From Octopus vulgaris (lineage: Eukaryota), in contig OX597816.1 of assembly GCA_951406725.2 (NCBI GenBank), forward strand, positions 38,626,001-38,690,000: 64,000 nt of DNA, written 5' to 3'. Below, in pieces: positions 38,501 to 55,001 of the stretch. Below the pieces are notes generated by a model. It made no database searches, had not been told where the DNA came from, and saw only the letters and a list, made by a program, of their open reading frames with translations. Position 1 is the stretch's first letter. The number at the start of each line of letters is the position of its first letter. Made by a program: the position numbers and the translations under genes.

Positions 38501-40312
38501 TCATGGAACCAACAGATGATGATTTAGAATTTGCATTAACATTATATTTCAAAGAAAATAGACCGAGATTGTCTTTAGCTTTGCTTATTTTCAAAAGAGT
38601 TTGCATATCAAACACCACATTCTTCCCAATTTCTTGCCAACAAAACACTGGCCTATAACTTTCTTATAAGTTCTGGTTTCTTGTTCACAGAGAGGGCTAC
38701 ATGCCTCTTTCATTACATTATTATTCTCTTTTGAAATCATGATGTAAAACACAAGACTAAATGAAGTCTAATCAGTTAAACATCTGCAAAAATTGCAGAA
38801 TAATACAACACGGATACTTGAAAACAGAGGTGGAAGTCAATACTAGTAATATCTCGTTTCACACACAAGAAGTCAATACCAGTAATATCTCTCTTCACTA
38901 ACAAGCTTAAATGAGTATATTTGTATAGTAAAGATGGAACTGGAGGATTCAGTGTCTAACAATGATCTCTGAGAATCACACAAATATACATGGATTATAA
39001 CAATACACTGATACAAATATATGTCTCAATACATATAAATACATATAAGTAAAAAATGGTTGTCACTTTGGTTGAATAGAGAAGGATTCAAGTTATTTAA
39101 TCAACAGAATTACCTCTGCATTATATTATAATGGTAATGACATGAGCAGACATTTGTAACCCTAGCATAATCTTCAGGTAAACTTAGTAACACAGAAGTA
39201 CAGCTACAATCTATTCATAAGACTTTCAAGCAGCTTCAATGTTCCTTGTTTCACACATAAGGCTGAGGTAAATACAAGTTTGCTGTTCAAAGCAAAGTGC
39301 ATTACTGGACTGAATCTAGAAACTACAAATTCACAGCAGACCTTTAAACCAATCCATCATGCTGACATCATCAATTAATGTCCATGTTCCATACTGGTAT
39401 GGGTTGGATGGTTTGACAGGATCAGATGGGTGCAAGGGTAGCATTGTGCTCCATAGTCTGCTTTGGCATGGTTTCTATAGCTGGATGTCCTTCCACATGC
39501 CCACCACTTTACAGTATGGACTGAGTGCATTTTAGGTACCACTAGCACTATTGAGGTCACTATGCAGCTCACAAGATTATGAAACCCCAAAGTGGAGGGT
39601 ACTGCTTAATGAAAGATAAGGGTTAAAGCGTGAGAGAAAGGAGTGGGACAGAGCAGGTGGTTGTTGTAGGAGCTATATGTCTACTCACAATTATGAGAGT
39701 GAGAAAGAAACAGTAAGAGCTGCAATGAGATAATTAGTGAATGATAAACATACATGCTGCACAAGCATTTATGTACTACATACACTATTTATTGTGGGAA
39801 TTGTAAAGTTCAAGGTCTCACAGTAACCAAAAGCTTCACCCAAGAGGGAATATGAGTTGATGGTGCATAAAGAAAATAGAGAGATTTTTGCAGAATTTAA
39901 GGATAGTGTAGGTGGACTGGGGAAAATTTTTTTTTTTTTCTGAGAGAAGGGGAATGTTGGTTTCATTATTTTTAGCTTATTTAGTTTCTTTATGTAATTT
40001 TCCACCAGCTTTTAAATATTTATGTATGCTGTTTGGATGTGCATACATGTATGTGTGTTTGTGTATCAGGGTGTATATGAGTGTAAATTTGTATGAGGCT
40101 ACTTGTGTGTTCAAGGGTGGAGTTGGTGGATGATTAATTGAATCAACTTTGAAATTTTTTTTTATTTTTATCATTGATAGTAGTTAGATTTCAGATCTCA
40201 GAAATAACAAGGAGTGGATAACAGATGATGGCCAGGAAGAGTAAGTGTGTGTGTGAGTGTAATATGTATAAGTGTGCTCTTCATTCACTTGGCTGCACAT
40301 GTTTCTCTGTAT

Positions 40313-40354
<42 letters not shown>

Positions 40355-41254
40355 TATTATTGTCATTTAACATCCCTTTTTTCCATACTGGCATGGGTTG
40401 GATGGTTCAACAAGAACAAATGACCCAGAGGGCTCTGCCAGGGTCTTTGCTTTGGCATGACTTCTACAGCTGGATGCCCTTCCTAGCACCAATCAGTTTA
40501 CAGTGTGTGCTGGGTGCTTTTTACATGCCACCATCACAGGTGAGGTCACCAAGTGCCCTCAAGATAAAACTCCTCAACTGAATAGGGTAGAGACTGGAGA
40601 AAGAAACCATGATAGAGGAAGAGGTGCATATATGGCTTGCCCACCAGAAAAGTGAGAAAGAGTGAGAGAAGAAAGAGGTGTGAGGTCCAGGTACAATGTG
40701 AATATGAGACAGAACAGGGAGTGCACTGAATAAAAATAGTAGGACGTGATTAGAGATAAAGGAATGAGTTCAACAAAAAAATATCAGTTCAGTGTAGAAG
40801 GAAGAGAAGAAAGTAGATGAGTTGTGGAGGAAGGCTTGACAGAGCCTCAATACCACACACACAGACAACACACATTTTGTTCGTATTTGTGTATGCAATT
40901 AAAGACCAAAAACGTTAACAAGCTGAATAGTGTGTGTACACATTTGTGTGTGTGTGTGTGCTCACTTCTCTGACCACACCATTTTCAAATTCAATATTAC
41001 AAATATACCTCTGACTACATGATACTACAGCAAACAATGGTTTGTGCAAATATCACAATCCCATGAATCTTGTACATGCACAAACCTGCCAATGTTGTAG
41101 GCAATGTGCAAATGTATTAATGTCCATATGCAACAATGCAGTACAAGTGGAAGACAATATAAAGCTGCTGTCAATAAAAAGGAATTTGGGAGAATTGGAA
41201 GAAGGTGAAGAATATGGAATACACGAATAACAACATGAAAAAATTTACAGCTTT

Positions 41255-41477
41255 TTAATCCTTTTCATAGCAACCAGCTTAAAACTGGCCATGGTTATAT
41301 AAACTTCCAGCTATGAAATTATCTGAATTAAAACCTTCCACCAAAATCCCATGTTAATTTGTTCCAAACACCAAACCTATATGGACAATGTTATTTTACT
41401 AAATTTTTCATTATTTCCAAAATTAATTGAAATACAGGCAGTGTATTTCAATAGAAATATGGTAATGAAAGGGTTAA
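41255..41477. mobile_element. piggyBac-type MITE, family B
   Basis: ttaa-tcctttt ... ggtaatgaaaggg-ttaa. Confidence 0.8.
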
Positions 41478-41973
41478 AGGATTTACTGCACTTCATTATC
41501 AATCAAGAAATTGTTCTTTTGCAAACATCAATTAATCTCACAAGCAATATCCTGTTCTGGCATGGCTCCCTTTAGATTACGATTCTTATTTGGAAAATTT
41601 TTCACAAGCAAAATAAAATGATGACAACTGCAATTGCTGTGATCTTCCAAATCATTGTCAACAAAGAAAGATAAATCCAGCTAAAAATTGACAGAGTTGC
41701 AGACTTGGTTTCCTTCAACGTTATCTTGGATAACATTCACTTTCTGACAAGAACAATAATGAAATTCATTACACTGATATATTTTTATCCAATTTGCTGC
41801 TATTGTTATTTAGACTCAGATCAAATTTGATCAAGTATCTCAGCTATAACCCACCTATTATTATTTAGGGGTATGTAGCACTACCTCATCTAATATACCT
41901 ATCTTTTATTTAAGATGGAAGGGTGTGATTTACAGGATATATGGTTGCTCTTTCCAACAGATTAGAGCACCAT

Positions 41974-42196
41974 TTAATCCTTCAGTATTTAAACTGGCCA
42001 TATCCAGTTCAAATAATCTACATGTTTTTTGTTCACACCAGTCATATCCAGTCTCTCACGCCTATCCTACAATGTCCGTCTAAAAATAACAATCACATCA
42101 TCAAGCTCGCAAAACTGCAAGATAATGCATGATTAATTCAATGCTATTTGAATAAACATTATGTTTGACAGAGTAATCTAAATGTGAAAGGGTTAA
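41974..42196. mobile_element. piggyBac-type MITE, family A
   Basis: ttaa-tccttcagtattt ... aatgtgaaaggg-ttaa; homologous to 13802-14005. Confidence 0.85.
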
Positions 42197-45100
42197 AGGA
42201 TTCTTTATTGACCCAGCCAACCAACAATGCATTACTGTGATAACAACTGTGGGATAAAGGTTTTATTATTGACTACAGATATCAATTCAAACAATGGATA
42301 TGTTTGAATGTCTTATAAGGAAAGCCAGATAATTTTGCATGCTCCCATCTACATGAATAACAACTTACACTTAGTTTGCAGTTGAAAGGTAAGCTGGAGA
42401 AAACTTTTGTTTGGTCATTTATTTCTACCTTTTCCATATAAACATGGGTTGGATGGAGTCTAGATATGATATTGTCACAAACCTTTAGCTGTTTTTTAAA
42501 TGAGGGATTTTTTTCTACAGGTTTTTGAAAACATAGACAAGCTGGTCATAATGTGAACATGGAACATAAATTTCCTATTGCTTAGAAAGTGTCAAGTAAA
42601 GTTGTGGCATATTAACATTCACACACAACAGACTGCCTATAATCTCTTTGTGACACATTCACTCATAAGACATCTAACAATAAAACAATTGTTCTGTTCA
42701 GCAAAAACCCACCCCTAGTAATAGAAGAAAAAAAAAAAGATTTTTTAACCAAGAAGAAAGGCAATCTCAATGACTCTTTACAGGATTCTTTGAGATTAAT
42801 GTAAGGAAGAGAAGAGGGTATTCTGAAACCAGAGACATGACCTAAATGCTTACAACTAAGTGTACTCTGCTAAAAGAGTCCAAGGAGTAAGATGGTGGTG
42901 TCAAACTGAATGATAGATCATACCTACCTACCAACCAAGGATATTGTGGAATTTGAACTTAAAACAGAAAGCGTTAGAACAAATATCACAAAGAATCAGT
43001 CTAACATTCTCACAGTTTTCTCAGTCTATCACTTTCAAAATATGGAAAGAGAAACGATAACAACAAAGTCTTGTTCGCCCAGGTTAACGTTCTAGAGCAG
43101 ATTTATGGTCAAAGGCTTTCCAAGTGTCTTATTTTGAGAAATTGCATATCTGAGAATAGCTTATCCAGTGATCTTACGTATTATGTATATATAATAGGCA
43201 GACAGCAAAAGGGGAGGAAAACAATTGCAGTAAACCAGTCTTCATTTCGTAAAAAAAAAACGCCCATACTTTATGTCTCTGAAAACTCTTGCTACGCAAA
43301 CTCTTGAAAGTTGTGAAGATTGTCTTAAAATCCATGCATGCCCTTTCCATTTTGTCATTTTGTTCGCATGTAACGCTATGCCGTTTGGGATCCACAAAAT
43401 GTGGACTATGGTTTTATCGTGTAATATTTAGTCAAGCAGTTGTATTGTTTCGCTTTGTTGTACCATTATATGTACAAATAACGAAAGATCGTTGATTTTT
43501 TTTTTTTTTTATCTAATGTATCCTTCCGTTTTTTTTTTTTTAATGACTAGTATAGTTTTGAGGGAGTTGTGGCTGTTATTTCTAACTGCAAAGTGAACCA
43601 CGTTTTAAGACTCTCCCAACTGGCTCGAAAACTAAATAAGGTTGGGTGGGCAGAATGTGCTTTTGTCGAAGTATTAACTTCTCACTGTATAAAGAGTTGT
43701 CTTCATGCTCCAACAAATGTTTAAAAAGTTGCTAAACTACAAAAACAGCTTGCCGTGTAATTTACTAGCAAAAAAGAAAAAAAAAAAAAAAAGCAACATC
43801 AACAGAACGGAGAGCAATCCAATTCTATAGTTCGAAACGTCTATTAGTTTCTGCTAGAAATAGTAAGGAGGGAGCCCCTCTAAGTAGTTGTTCAACGTGC
43901 TAGAAATAGCAGTCAAGGCAATGGATAACGTGTTCCTGGATACACTTTTACTGAAGAAACGACAGAATGGTTACGGTAGAAATACATTTGATCAAAGGAC
44001 TACTGCTCGATCAGGATTGATCTGGGGCTCAACAAAAAACAATGACATTTTCCGAAATAAGGGTCTGCGGGGGTTTCGCGTCCTACTGGAAATAGCAGTT
44101 ATATCTCTTATATATCACACACTTCCGATTTAAAGATATGGTCATAACACAATTGTTAATGTAGTTCTAGATATACTATGCCTAAATTTTTTTTTTTAAA
44201 AGACGGGATGGTCATGATTAGAGAGGCTTTGATTATGATCAAAGTTATCCAGACGAATAATCACTGTGAAAGTGAGAAAAACTACAAATATTCATTATTT
44301 TAATTTAATTAATGGAGAGTAGGGGGTGAGTAAAAGGCAAGGTGGAGTATAACGGACTTTTTTGTTTCTTAATAAAGCATTGCCTTTGATTTATATAAAT
44401 AAACCTGCAATCGCATTCATAAACACCAATCCCACCTACACATTCATACAAGCATGTATACGCACGTACACACACATACACACACACACACGCACACACA
44501 CACACATACACACACACACACACACACCCGTTCTTTAAACTCTTGGAGATAGAAGCCGCCATACCTTTGGAAGCCGGCACAGCTTTCCGGTTTTGTAAAT
44601 TTTTGTGTAGGTGATAGTGTGTGTGTGTGTGTATGTGTGCGTGTGTGTGTATGTGTGCGTGTGTGTGTGCGCGTATGTGTGTGTGCGTATGTGTGTGTGC
44701 GTGTGTAAGTATGATTAAGTGCGTGTGAATGGATGAACATAATATGTGGTATAGTATGCAAGGCAAGCCTGAACTGAAAAATATGTATATAATCGCTTGT
44801 GTTTGTATGTGTGTGTGTGTGCGTGTAGCTTTGTACATAATTGAATAGATTAACTGTGTGTGTGTGTGTGTGTGTGTGCGTGTGAGAGAGTACGTGCAAA
44901 CATCCTAGCAAATATATCTGCGCACGTGTACACACCTGTGAGTAGAGAGCTATGTGGGTGTCACGAGAAACATCCGTAGTTGTTTGTCTAAATGCCTCCT
45001 GCCTTTTGTGTCTAACAGTGTTTATGCGCGCGCGCGCGCGAAAGCATATGCGTTATATGCAGCCCTGGATTAACAAGTGAAATGAGCACGTGCTTTAGGG

Positions 45101-45419
45101 CTCCAAAGGAGGAAGGGTGGGGTGGAGTACTAGAGATTTTTATGCTTTTTCTCCTCTTTCTCGCCACCAGTGGCTGATTTATTACCATAAAAACAAATGT
45201 GCAGATGAACCAAGGGGCTCTACAATAAATGAGAAAAAACAAACATATATACTAATAGAATATTATCTTCTTGATTCAGGATTGATATTATTCCTGGTAG
45301 AATTTAAGTGAGTAGCGGGTTACTATCTGTAACTTAAGCTGTCCCCATGATTTCATTCAGCCATCAAGTACTTAAAACCCTTCTGATGATCTTCCTGGTA
45401 AACATTATTATAATTATTA

Positions 45420-45918
45420 TATTTACGTTCTGAGTTCAAATGCTGTCGAGGTCGATTTCGTCAGTCATCCTTTCAGGGCCGACAAATGAACACGACGAGA
45501 GTCGGCGTAAACGGGTAGCCCTTCCTCCAAAATTTCAGGATATGTGCCTAGGATCGTCAGAAAGCCGGGCAAAACGCTTAATGCACTTCGTCCAAATTCC
45601 GCCGTGGTCGACTTTGCCTTACATCTTTTCGGGGTCGATAAAATTAGTACCAGTTGATTAACTGAGGTCGATGAAATCGACTTACCCGCTTCCACCGAAA
45701 TTGCTGGTCTTGTGACAAAATTTGAAACCATTATTATTATTATTATTATTTCGCCCGTCGCTACGTTTCTGGGTTCAAATTTCGCCGAGGTCGACTTTGC
45801 CTTTCATCCTTTCTGGATTGATAAATCAAGTACCAGTGAAACACTGAGGTCGATATAATCCCCCCACACACACACACAATGGCTGTCCTTGTGGCAAAAT
45901 CTGAAACCATTATTATTA

Positions 45919-45961
<43 letters not shown>

Positions 45962-46275
45962 CGCTGGGGTCGATGAAATAAGTGCCAGTTGAGCACTGGA
46001 GTCGATGTAATCGACTTATCTCCTCCATTCGAAATTACTGGCCTTGTGCCAAAATTTGAAACCGTTATTATTATTATTATTATTATTATCATTATTATTA
46101 TTATTATTATTATTTCAGATATAATGCCTTGCGGTATTTGTTCCGGCTCTGTGTTCTGAGGTCAACTTTGCCTTCCATGCTCTCGGAGATCGATAAAATA
46201 AAATGCCAGTCAAGTACTGTGATCAATGATATCGACTATACCCACTTCCCTCAAAATTGCTGGCCTAGTGTCTGA
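45420..46275 (+). mobile_element. Head-to-tail array of ~5 SINE units separated by (ATT)n
   Basis: Recurrent gttcaaat..gccgaggtcgactttgcc, ggggtcgataaa, gtaccagt, aaatttgaaacc(att)n. Confidence 0.85.
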
Positions 46276-46401
46276 ACACACACACAAACACGTATATATA
46301 TTCTGAACACGGGAATACAACAAAATTGGATTCTGGCAACTGGCTGGCACACAGAAACCTCTGCCGTGAGCCAGTGACAGTTGTACGTCAGTCACTGTTA
46401 G

Positions 46402-46461
<60 letters not shown>

Positions 46462-47968
46462 GGGAGGGAGGATATCAAGGTCTGTCTTAGTCTCAATGTA
46501 GCTATTGAATGTTGTAAGCTTGTGAAATGCTGTAATCTGTAGTTTGTTCATTGCTTACGTAAAACACTCAAGTAGTAACACGGATCGTTAAAATACACCT
46601 CGAAAATTGGAAATACAGACACACACACACACACACTATCATTCTTACATGCATGTCATTTTGTTCATGTACAAAATTTTGGGTGAGCTTTTCGAACTTA
46701 AGATTGCTTGATCTATGCTAATGACTCCAAGTAACAACCTAAGTTACTGACTTTGCCATTAAATTAATTAGTTTATATTTACAAAAATAAGAAGGTATAT
46801 GATATTGTATCTAACTATAATATAAACATAACACGTTACTCTCTCTCTCTTCATATATATATATAGATAGATAGATATATGCAAAAATTGGTTAAATAGC
46901 AATAGATAGCAATTGTAGGTGACAATATTTGAATGTTACCAAAAGTAGAGGAGAATGGCTCACATAAATTTTTAACATTAAGGACATAAATCGCACAGAT
47001 GAGCTTTCATTCTTAGCTGAAGCATTTGAAAATCCCAGCAGAATAAACTATGCAAACAAGACAACCTGGATACTTTGTCTCTGTAAAGTATAGCAGCAGA
47101 TTAATTTTGAAGACTTTCCCCAATTTTAAACAAAAACAAACAAACAAACAAAAAAGCAGCAGAAAACTTTTTTAAAGTATAAAATAAAGTTATAAGCCAG
47201 CATTTTAAATCTTTTTAACCATATATGTTGAAATGAAATTATGTAATTTCAAGGTTAGAAAGTTGTTTCGTATAAAAAGAAATGGTTCGGTAGAATGACC
47301 CCCCGTGCCCCACCCTCAAAAATTACCACCAGCATCGATTAATCGCTCTTAGTTTCCCTTAAAAACAGGGTCTTTTTTTTTAATAACTGTAAAGTGTTGA
47401 GAAATTTGCATCGCCGACCACTTTCTGTTGCTTACACTGCGTAAGACTATTTTAGTATTTGAATAAATTTAAAGAAAAAAAAAAACTAGTTATATTTCAA
47501 TATTGTTGTGGGGGTCTGACCAGGAAGAATTTTTTTTAAATTTTATCTATCATTTCACATTCAGCAGCACTTAAGTCAGTTGTACAATGAAAAAGTCGAG
47601 AGGAGATCTACTGCTGGACTGAGGGCTTAGGGCATCAGATGGCCTTAATCCGGGCCTGAGTAAACAAATGTGTGTGTGTGTATTGTGTCGAGAGAAAGAC
47701 TGCGTTTATCTAACTGCGTGCATATGAAAGCGGCTGTGTGTGTAGGTGTACGTTCATGTGCGTACATAAATGCCCGGGTACGGGTGGGCACAAGTACGTT
47801 AATACGTGTGTACACGTGTTTTGATGTAGACGTGTATTTGTGAACATACGAGCGTACAGAGAATAAAACAGTAACAGCTACAGTTGTTGTCAGAGTAAGA
47901 GAGAGTAGAATGATAGAGAAAAGAAGAAAAACATGGAGAGAGTGAGGGGGGCAGTGATGGTGAATGTG

Positions 47969-48005
<37 letters not shown>

Positions 48006-48036
48006 AAAGATAAGAAAAATACGGTAGGCGAAATGG

Positions 48037-48091
<55 letters not shown>

Positions 48092-48184
48092 CAGATAGAT
48101 AGATAGACAGACAGATAGATAGATAGACAGACGGACAGATAGATAGATAGACAGACGGACAGATAGATAGACAGACGGACAGAT
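48037..48184. repeat. (GATA)n/(GACA)n compound microsatellite
   Basis: Direct reading. Confidence 0.95.
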
Positions 48185-48854
48185 AAAGGAGCTAGGAAGC
48201 GGTTCTTCAAAGAATTTGGACAACTCCGTTGAGAGAACCTTAGACTGAAATGTCAGAATCTTCACTAATCGCAGCAACTTTACTGACAGACACCTACAAA
48301 TTGTTGGATGGTTTAAACAAATAGAAGAAGGAACAGGTCCCCACCATCTGCTTCGGTTTTGCTTGTTCCTTCTCAACCAGCATTTTCGGTCCTTTGAAAT
48401 GGGTTTTCCTAACTACCTTGGCGATAAGATGGGGGAAGGACGATAAGGGATATCCAACACCAAAACTGTCATCTTACAGCAGACATACCTGTCACTGGGT
48501 TGTGTGTAGAACATGGATGGAAGGAGAGATAGAGAGAGAGAGGAGGGAAAGGAGAAATGGCAATGCGAATGTGAAGGGGCGAAAAGGGTAGGAGAAGGAT
48601 AGAGAGCACCCAGTCAGAGAGTTGTGATAGCGAAAAAGATACGGACAAAGAGACGTGGTGAGTGGAAAATGAGAGAGTAAATTAGGCAGAGCGTGGGAGA
48701 GCAAGGAAGAATTAGGAATCAAAGCGTGTGTATACTTGCATCCGTGTGTGTACGGATGAATGTGCACCCGCGGGGAAAGCAAGAGACGTGAGTGGAGAGT
48801 GAGATGAACACGTCTGCGACGGGAGAGATAACTCTCTCTCCCTCTCATATATAC

Positions 48855-48885
<31 letters not shown>

Positions 48886-49359
48886 TGGGAGAGGACTGTA
48901 CGCAAGGCAGGATAGTGTGTGTATGTGGGGGGAGAGAGAGGCAAGAAACACACACGTACGTGTGTGTGTATGTGTTTATTGGTAAAGAGATAAGGCGAAA
49001 TGAAAGGATAAAAACAAAATATATAAACTTAAGGTGGGAGAAAAACGGTAATATAACGTGATAAAACCTATGTATAGCAGGACACATGTGTGTGGGGGGG
49101 GGGGAGAGGAGCGGGGGAATACAGGCACCAGGGGAGGGGGGGTGGAGGGTTTACAGAACAAATGATAGTTCGGTATGGAAGCTTGAACGTATGTACGTGT
49201 ATGGGTGTCTGCATGAAAGACAGAGAAAGATACAGCGAGTAGATAGTGTATGAGGTGATAGATAGATAGATAGCAAGAAGAAAGAGAGAATAGACAGAGC
49301 AAGAGAGGATGACAGAAAAAGGTAGAAAGCGAGGGAAAGAGAGAACAGAAGAAGCGATG

Positions 49360-49435
<76 letters not shown>

Positions 49436-49749
49436 CGCAGCGAGAGAGAGAGAGAGCGAAAATGGATAGATATATGTAGAAAGAGGGTAAAAAACAAGAG
49501 CGAAATAAACAGACACAGAAGGATGACAGTTTTTTTTTTTTAACACGAAAGACTGAACGTACAAGATAGATGTTCTGCATATGTCTACGTGTATGGGTGT
49601 ATATGGGTGCTGAGGTATGTACGATTACGTGTGCACGTTGGTTGTGTGTGTGTATATGTGTGTGCAGAAATACCAACTCAGTGGAGCGATATATAACGCA
49701 GTTTCAATGACAGACCTACATATATTAACTTGTATAGATATGAATACTT

Positions 49750-49783
<34 letters not shown>

Positions 49784-50048
49784 ACCAAAACACTCGTCTC
49801 TCGGTCGTCATTAAGCCTTAACTATAACCATCAGCAGTCACACACACACAACTAAACACACACACACACACATATATACACATACATGTCGGCGTTGAGA
49901 CACAAAACACTTTTGTCGACGTGTGGGTGTGTCCGTGCATGTACACCTAAGTAGCATGTAGGAATGTGGCCTGCATTCACATACCAAACTGCTATGTGGA
50001 ATCATGCAAAGTCATTCTACAGCAATGTGTGTTTGATAGGTTTACACA

Positions 50049-50100
<52 letters not shown>

Positions 50101-50551
50101 AACACACTCCAAAAGTTAGAAAAAGGTACAAAATACGTAGAAATACTTAAGTCAAATGTTAAGGGAAATCATAAGGACACGAATCGTACACACACACACA
50201 CAGAGTAAGTAACAAATACATTCACATACCGTGTAGGCAGCTCGGGGCTAAATAAACCGAAAGATAATGATCAAGATAGGTAAAACAAAAAACAAAAAAA
50301 AAACCCAAAAAAACAGACTAACACACATACATATACACATACATACATAAAGAGAGAGAGAGGGAGAGAGAGAGAGACTGGAAACCCGAATGGCAAACAC
50401 TAAAACGACGAAGGACCGAGGGGCCCAACTTGACAAAAGCTTAGCTAACTGTACAGTCGAGTCTTCTTCTCTCCTTCAAAAAATCGCAACACTCAAAAAT
50501 ACGTACGTACCCGGCCACATCCACACACATATATACATACTTGGTTCTTAC

Positions 50552-50765
50552 CTGATGCGGGTGGAAGACGACAAACATTTGGCTTCTCCACGAAACAAGA
50601 GAGAGAGAGAGAAAAGGGAGAAAACGGTCGGCGCTGCGCCTGGTTCGCTGCGCACACCTACCTACATGTAATGCATGTATGTATGGCGAACAGAAAGCGT
50701 TTCACTGCGTGTCCTCTATCCGATATTAAGCTCGTGGTGTCGCCCAAACCTGCTTCGTCTACTTC
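50552..50765 (-). other. Candidate first (5') exon of a minus-strand gene in a CpG-rich region
   Basis: Consensus donor CAG|GTAAG at 50552/50551; non-repetitive CpG-rich sequence; possible ATG (MFVVFHPHQ); 5' boundary guessed. Confidence 0.3.
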
Positions 50766-51170
50766 TTTCTTTCTTTCTCTCTTTTTTTTTTTTTTCTTTC
50801 ATAAGTCACACGCTAACACATAGAGCGTACACGCACTCGTCGTTCTCTCTCTCTCTCTTTCCCCCTCCCTCTTTCTTTGGGCCCATCCTCACCTTCTATC
50901 ACGAAGTATGAATGTGTATACACACACACACGCACACACACACACGCGTCTATAAAATACACCCGCTCGCACGCACGCACGCTCACACATACACGCCGCC
51001 AGCACGCACATTCATATATGCACATAAATACCATACACACACACACACATACATACACAAAGCTAAGCTTTCCTATTCACGTCACCTTCTCTCCTCCTAC
51101 CCCCTTCTCCTCCTCCTCCCGTGCGTGCCTGAGCGAGTAAGTGCGTGCGTCTGAATATGTCTCAGACAAC

Positions 51171-51211
<41 letters not shown>

Positions 51212-51470
51212 GCACACACACAAACAATCATACACATACATAGAAGCAAGACAAGCACACGTACAATATCATACGTACACACATATATCTACTGCTACTA
51301 AATAGTTATAGCTGAGCCGCTGATAGCAATCCGTTTGTTGCCCAACAAGTCTCTACAGCACACACACACACACACACACCGCCGTCATCGTCACACAGCC
51401 CACTCACCCTACTCACCACCAAGGCGCACCGGATGGCTAGTAATACATGTTGGATTCCTTTCTCTCTCTA

Positions 51471-51509
<39 letters not shown>

Positions 51510-51709
51510 TACACAGAGGGAACAAACCAATATTAATATTTATTTCCATTTGGTGTACATTTTTTGCGCCTCTCTGTGTGCATATATGTGTGTGTGGTAT
51601 ATAAATAAGTGTATATAAATACACAAACACTTATACATTAGGTGTATAGAGAATTTTGTACAGATGAATGAATCGTATAGTGTACGCCAAATAAATGTGT
51701 ATGTATGTT

Positions 51710-52788
<1,079 letters not shown>

Positions 52789-53621
52789 CATATAATGCAT
52801 ACAGAATGTCTGTAATGATTAATTACTCTACAAGGTTGTTTAGCACCAGGTCAGCTAGAGTCGAGTAGAAAGCACCAACTTGTCATTTTAGGATAATGCA
52901 GGTCTATATTATCCAATGTGTCTGTTCGAAGCCCTAAGACGGTATGTGTGGATTTGAGAGAGAGATTTGACTGCTGTTTCTAACGTGTTCAGCCCAATGA
53001 CCACAAACAACCACTCGCTGGTGGTTCACGTACAAGGGTTTTCGACTGCTATTTCTAGCACGTTTAGCGAACATGTAGAGAGAGGCTCCCTCGTAGGCTC
53101 GCGCACAAAGGTGTCTGCCGAATGCCATAGGTGTAGCTGGGATGATATAATGTCTACTGGTATATATATATATAAATATATATATATGAGTGTGTATATG
53201 TGTGATATTGTTTGTTAACGTACATGCAGTGTGAGTGCTGCCTTTTAGAAAAATCAATTGATACACACACACACACACACACACATATCAGTTTGTGCCT
53301 ATGGTTCATTGTATAACAGTGGTGCCGGTGATGGTAATAAAGTGTGAAATAGTTATCAATATCTGAGCGGGGTATATCTTTATTCGAGATACATGTGTAT
53401 ATTTGCATATATGCATGTGTGTGTATATGTGCGTGAGTGTGTGTGTGTAGAGAGAGAGACAGACATACAAACACACACACACACACACGTACAGTATGTA
53501 CACATACATATATGCATGCATCGTTATCTATGCAGAAGACACGTACAGAGCAAGAGTGTGCATTTTTGAATCGTGTGTGTATACATATACACACACACAT
53601 TATATATACATATATATATAT

Positions 53622-53787
53622 ATGTCTATGTTGGGCATGTATACGTCTGGATAAATGATAGCCTCCCGATGTATGATATATATACACACACACATATTAC
53701 ATATACACACACACATATATATATATATATATATGTCTATGTTGGGCATGTATATGTCTGGATAAATGATTGCCTCCCGATGTATGT
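53622..53787. repeat. Local duplication of a ~54-bp unique motif
   Basis: atgtctatgttgggcatgtata.gtctggataaatgat.gcctcccgatgtatg occurs twice, separated by microsatellite. Confidence 0.85.
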
Positions 53788-54959
53788 CTCATTCATTATA
53801 TGTAAATATGTCAGTGTGTAAGTATGTCAGTATATAAATATGTCAGTATGTGTGAGAGAGAGAGTGTGTGTGTGTGTATGTCTACGGTCTCAATACTATA
53901 TATCTTCTTAGAATGATGTGAAGGTGTACATGTACGTGTATTCATCGACTTACGTATGTATGTATGTGTGTGTGTGCCGAGAACGATGCGTCTGTGTGTG
54001 TGTGTAACTGGCCAGGAACGGGGTGAAAATGTCGAGACAGGCTTGCATCAGTCCAGACAAAGCAGACAGCTTCCATTCGGTTGCAATGGCCGATACTCGG
54101 ACACTTCTCTGGTCGAAATATGTCGTCTGCCAGCATATTACAGCTTGTTGCTTTCCACCACACTACACAGTGGAGCAACGCAGAGAGGGAAAAGCCCTGT
54201 AGCATATACCAATAATATCATTCATATACACACTGCATCGCACACATACACATACAGCAGATACCATAACTACATCACAGAAACCATATCGCAGACATCA
54301 CATACACACCATACAGATTGTGATATCACGTTTATATATATATTACATCACATTACATCACGCACACGTTTAATACATTATTGCATGCACATATATAATC
54401 GGGTATATATACACATTACATCATATATATATATATATATATACACATACACAACAAATGTACACACATACACAACAAATGCAGATAACTACATACACAT
54501 ACGTACGCATTGCACACCACACATACACACACATATTGACATGATTATTAAAATATATAGAAACCTTCAACACGCGCTACATATACATATAGTATATAAC
54601 ACATACATTGACATGATTATTAAACAGCATATACATACATACACACACACATACGCGCACACACACACACACACATACATACATACATACATACATACAT
54701 ACATACATACATACATCATACATACACACACACACACACATACATACCTCTTGCACTACATACACAATAAATAATCCATGCGTCCTCTCCCTCCCACATA
54801 TTGACATAATTATTAAACAGCATATATATATTTATACACATACACACCCTTTGCACTATATACACACAGTATATAATTCCACGCACATACCACTCGACAA
54901 CACGTACACAGTATACACACAGAGAATATATATTCATAGATACACACACAAGCTACATC

Positions 54960-55001
<42 letters not shown>

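Noticed and set aside
47645-48376. 243-aa ORF on the minus strand
   Set aside because: Mostly (TATC)n, (TC)n and (CA)n translation; the unique part has no recognisable domain
53956-54774. 272-aa ORF on the plus strand
   Set aside because: Dominated by low-complexity CA/TA repeats; no domain
54531-54822. Three spaced copies of cat(a)ttgacat(g/a)attattaaa resembling a repeat-spacer array
   Set aside because: Irregular spacing, microsatellite spacers, eukaryotic context and no cas genes; a local duplication, not CRISPR
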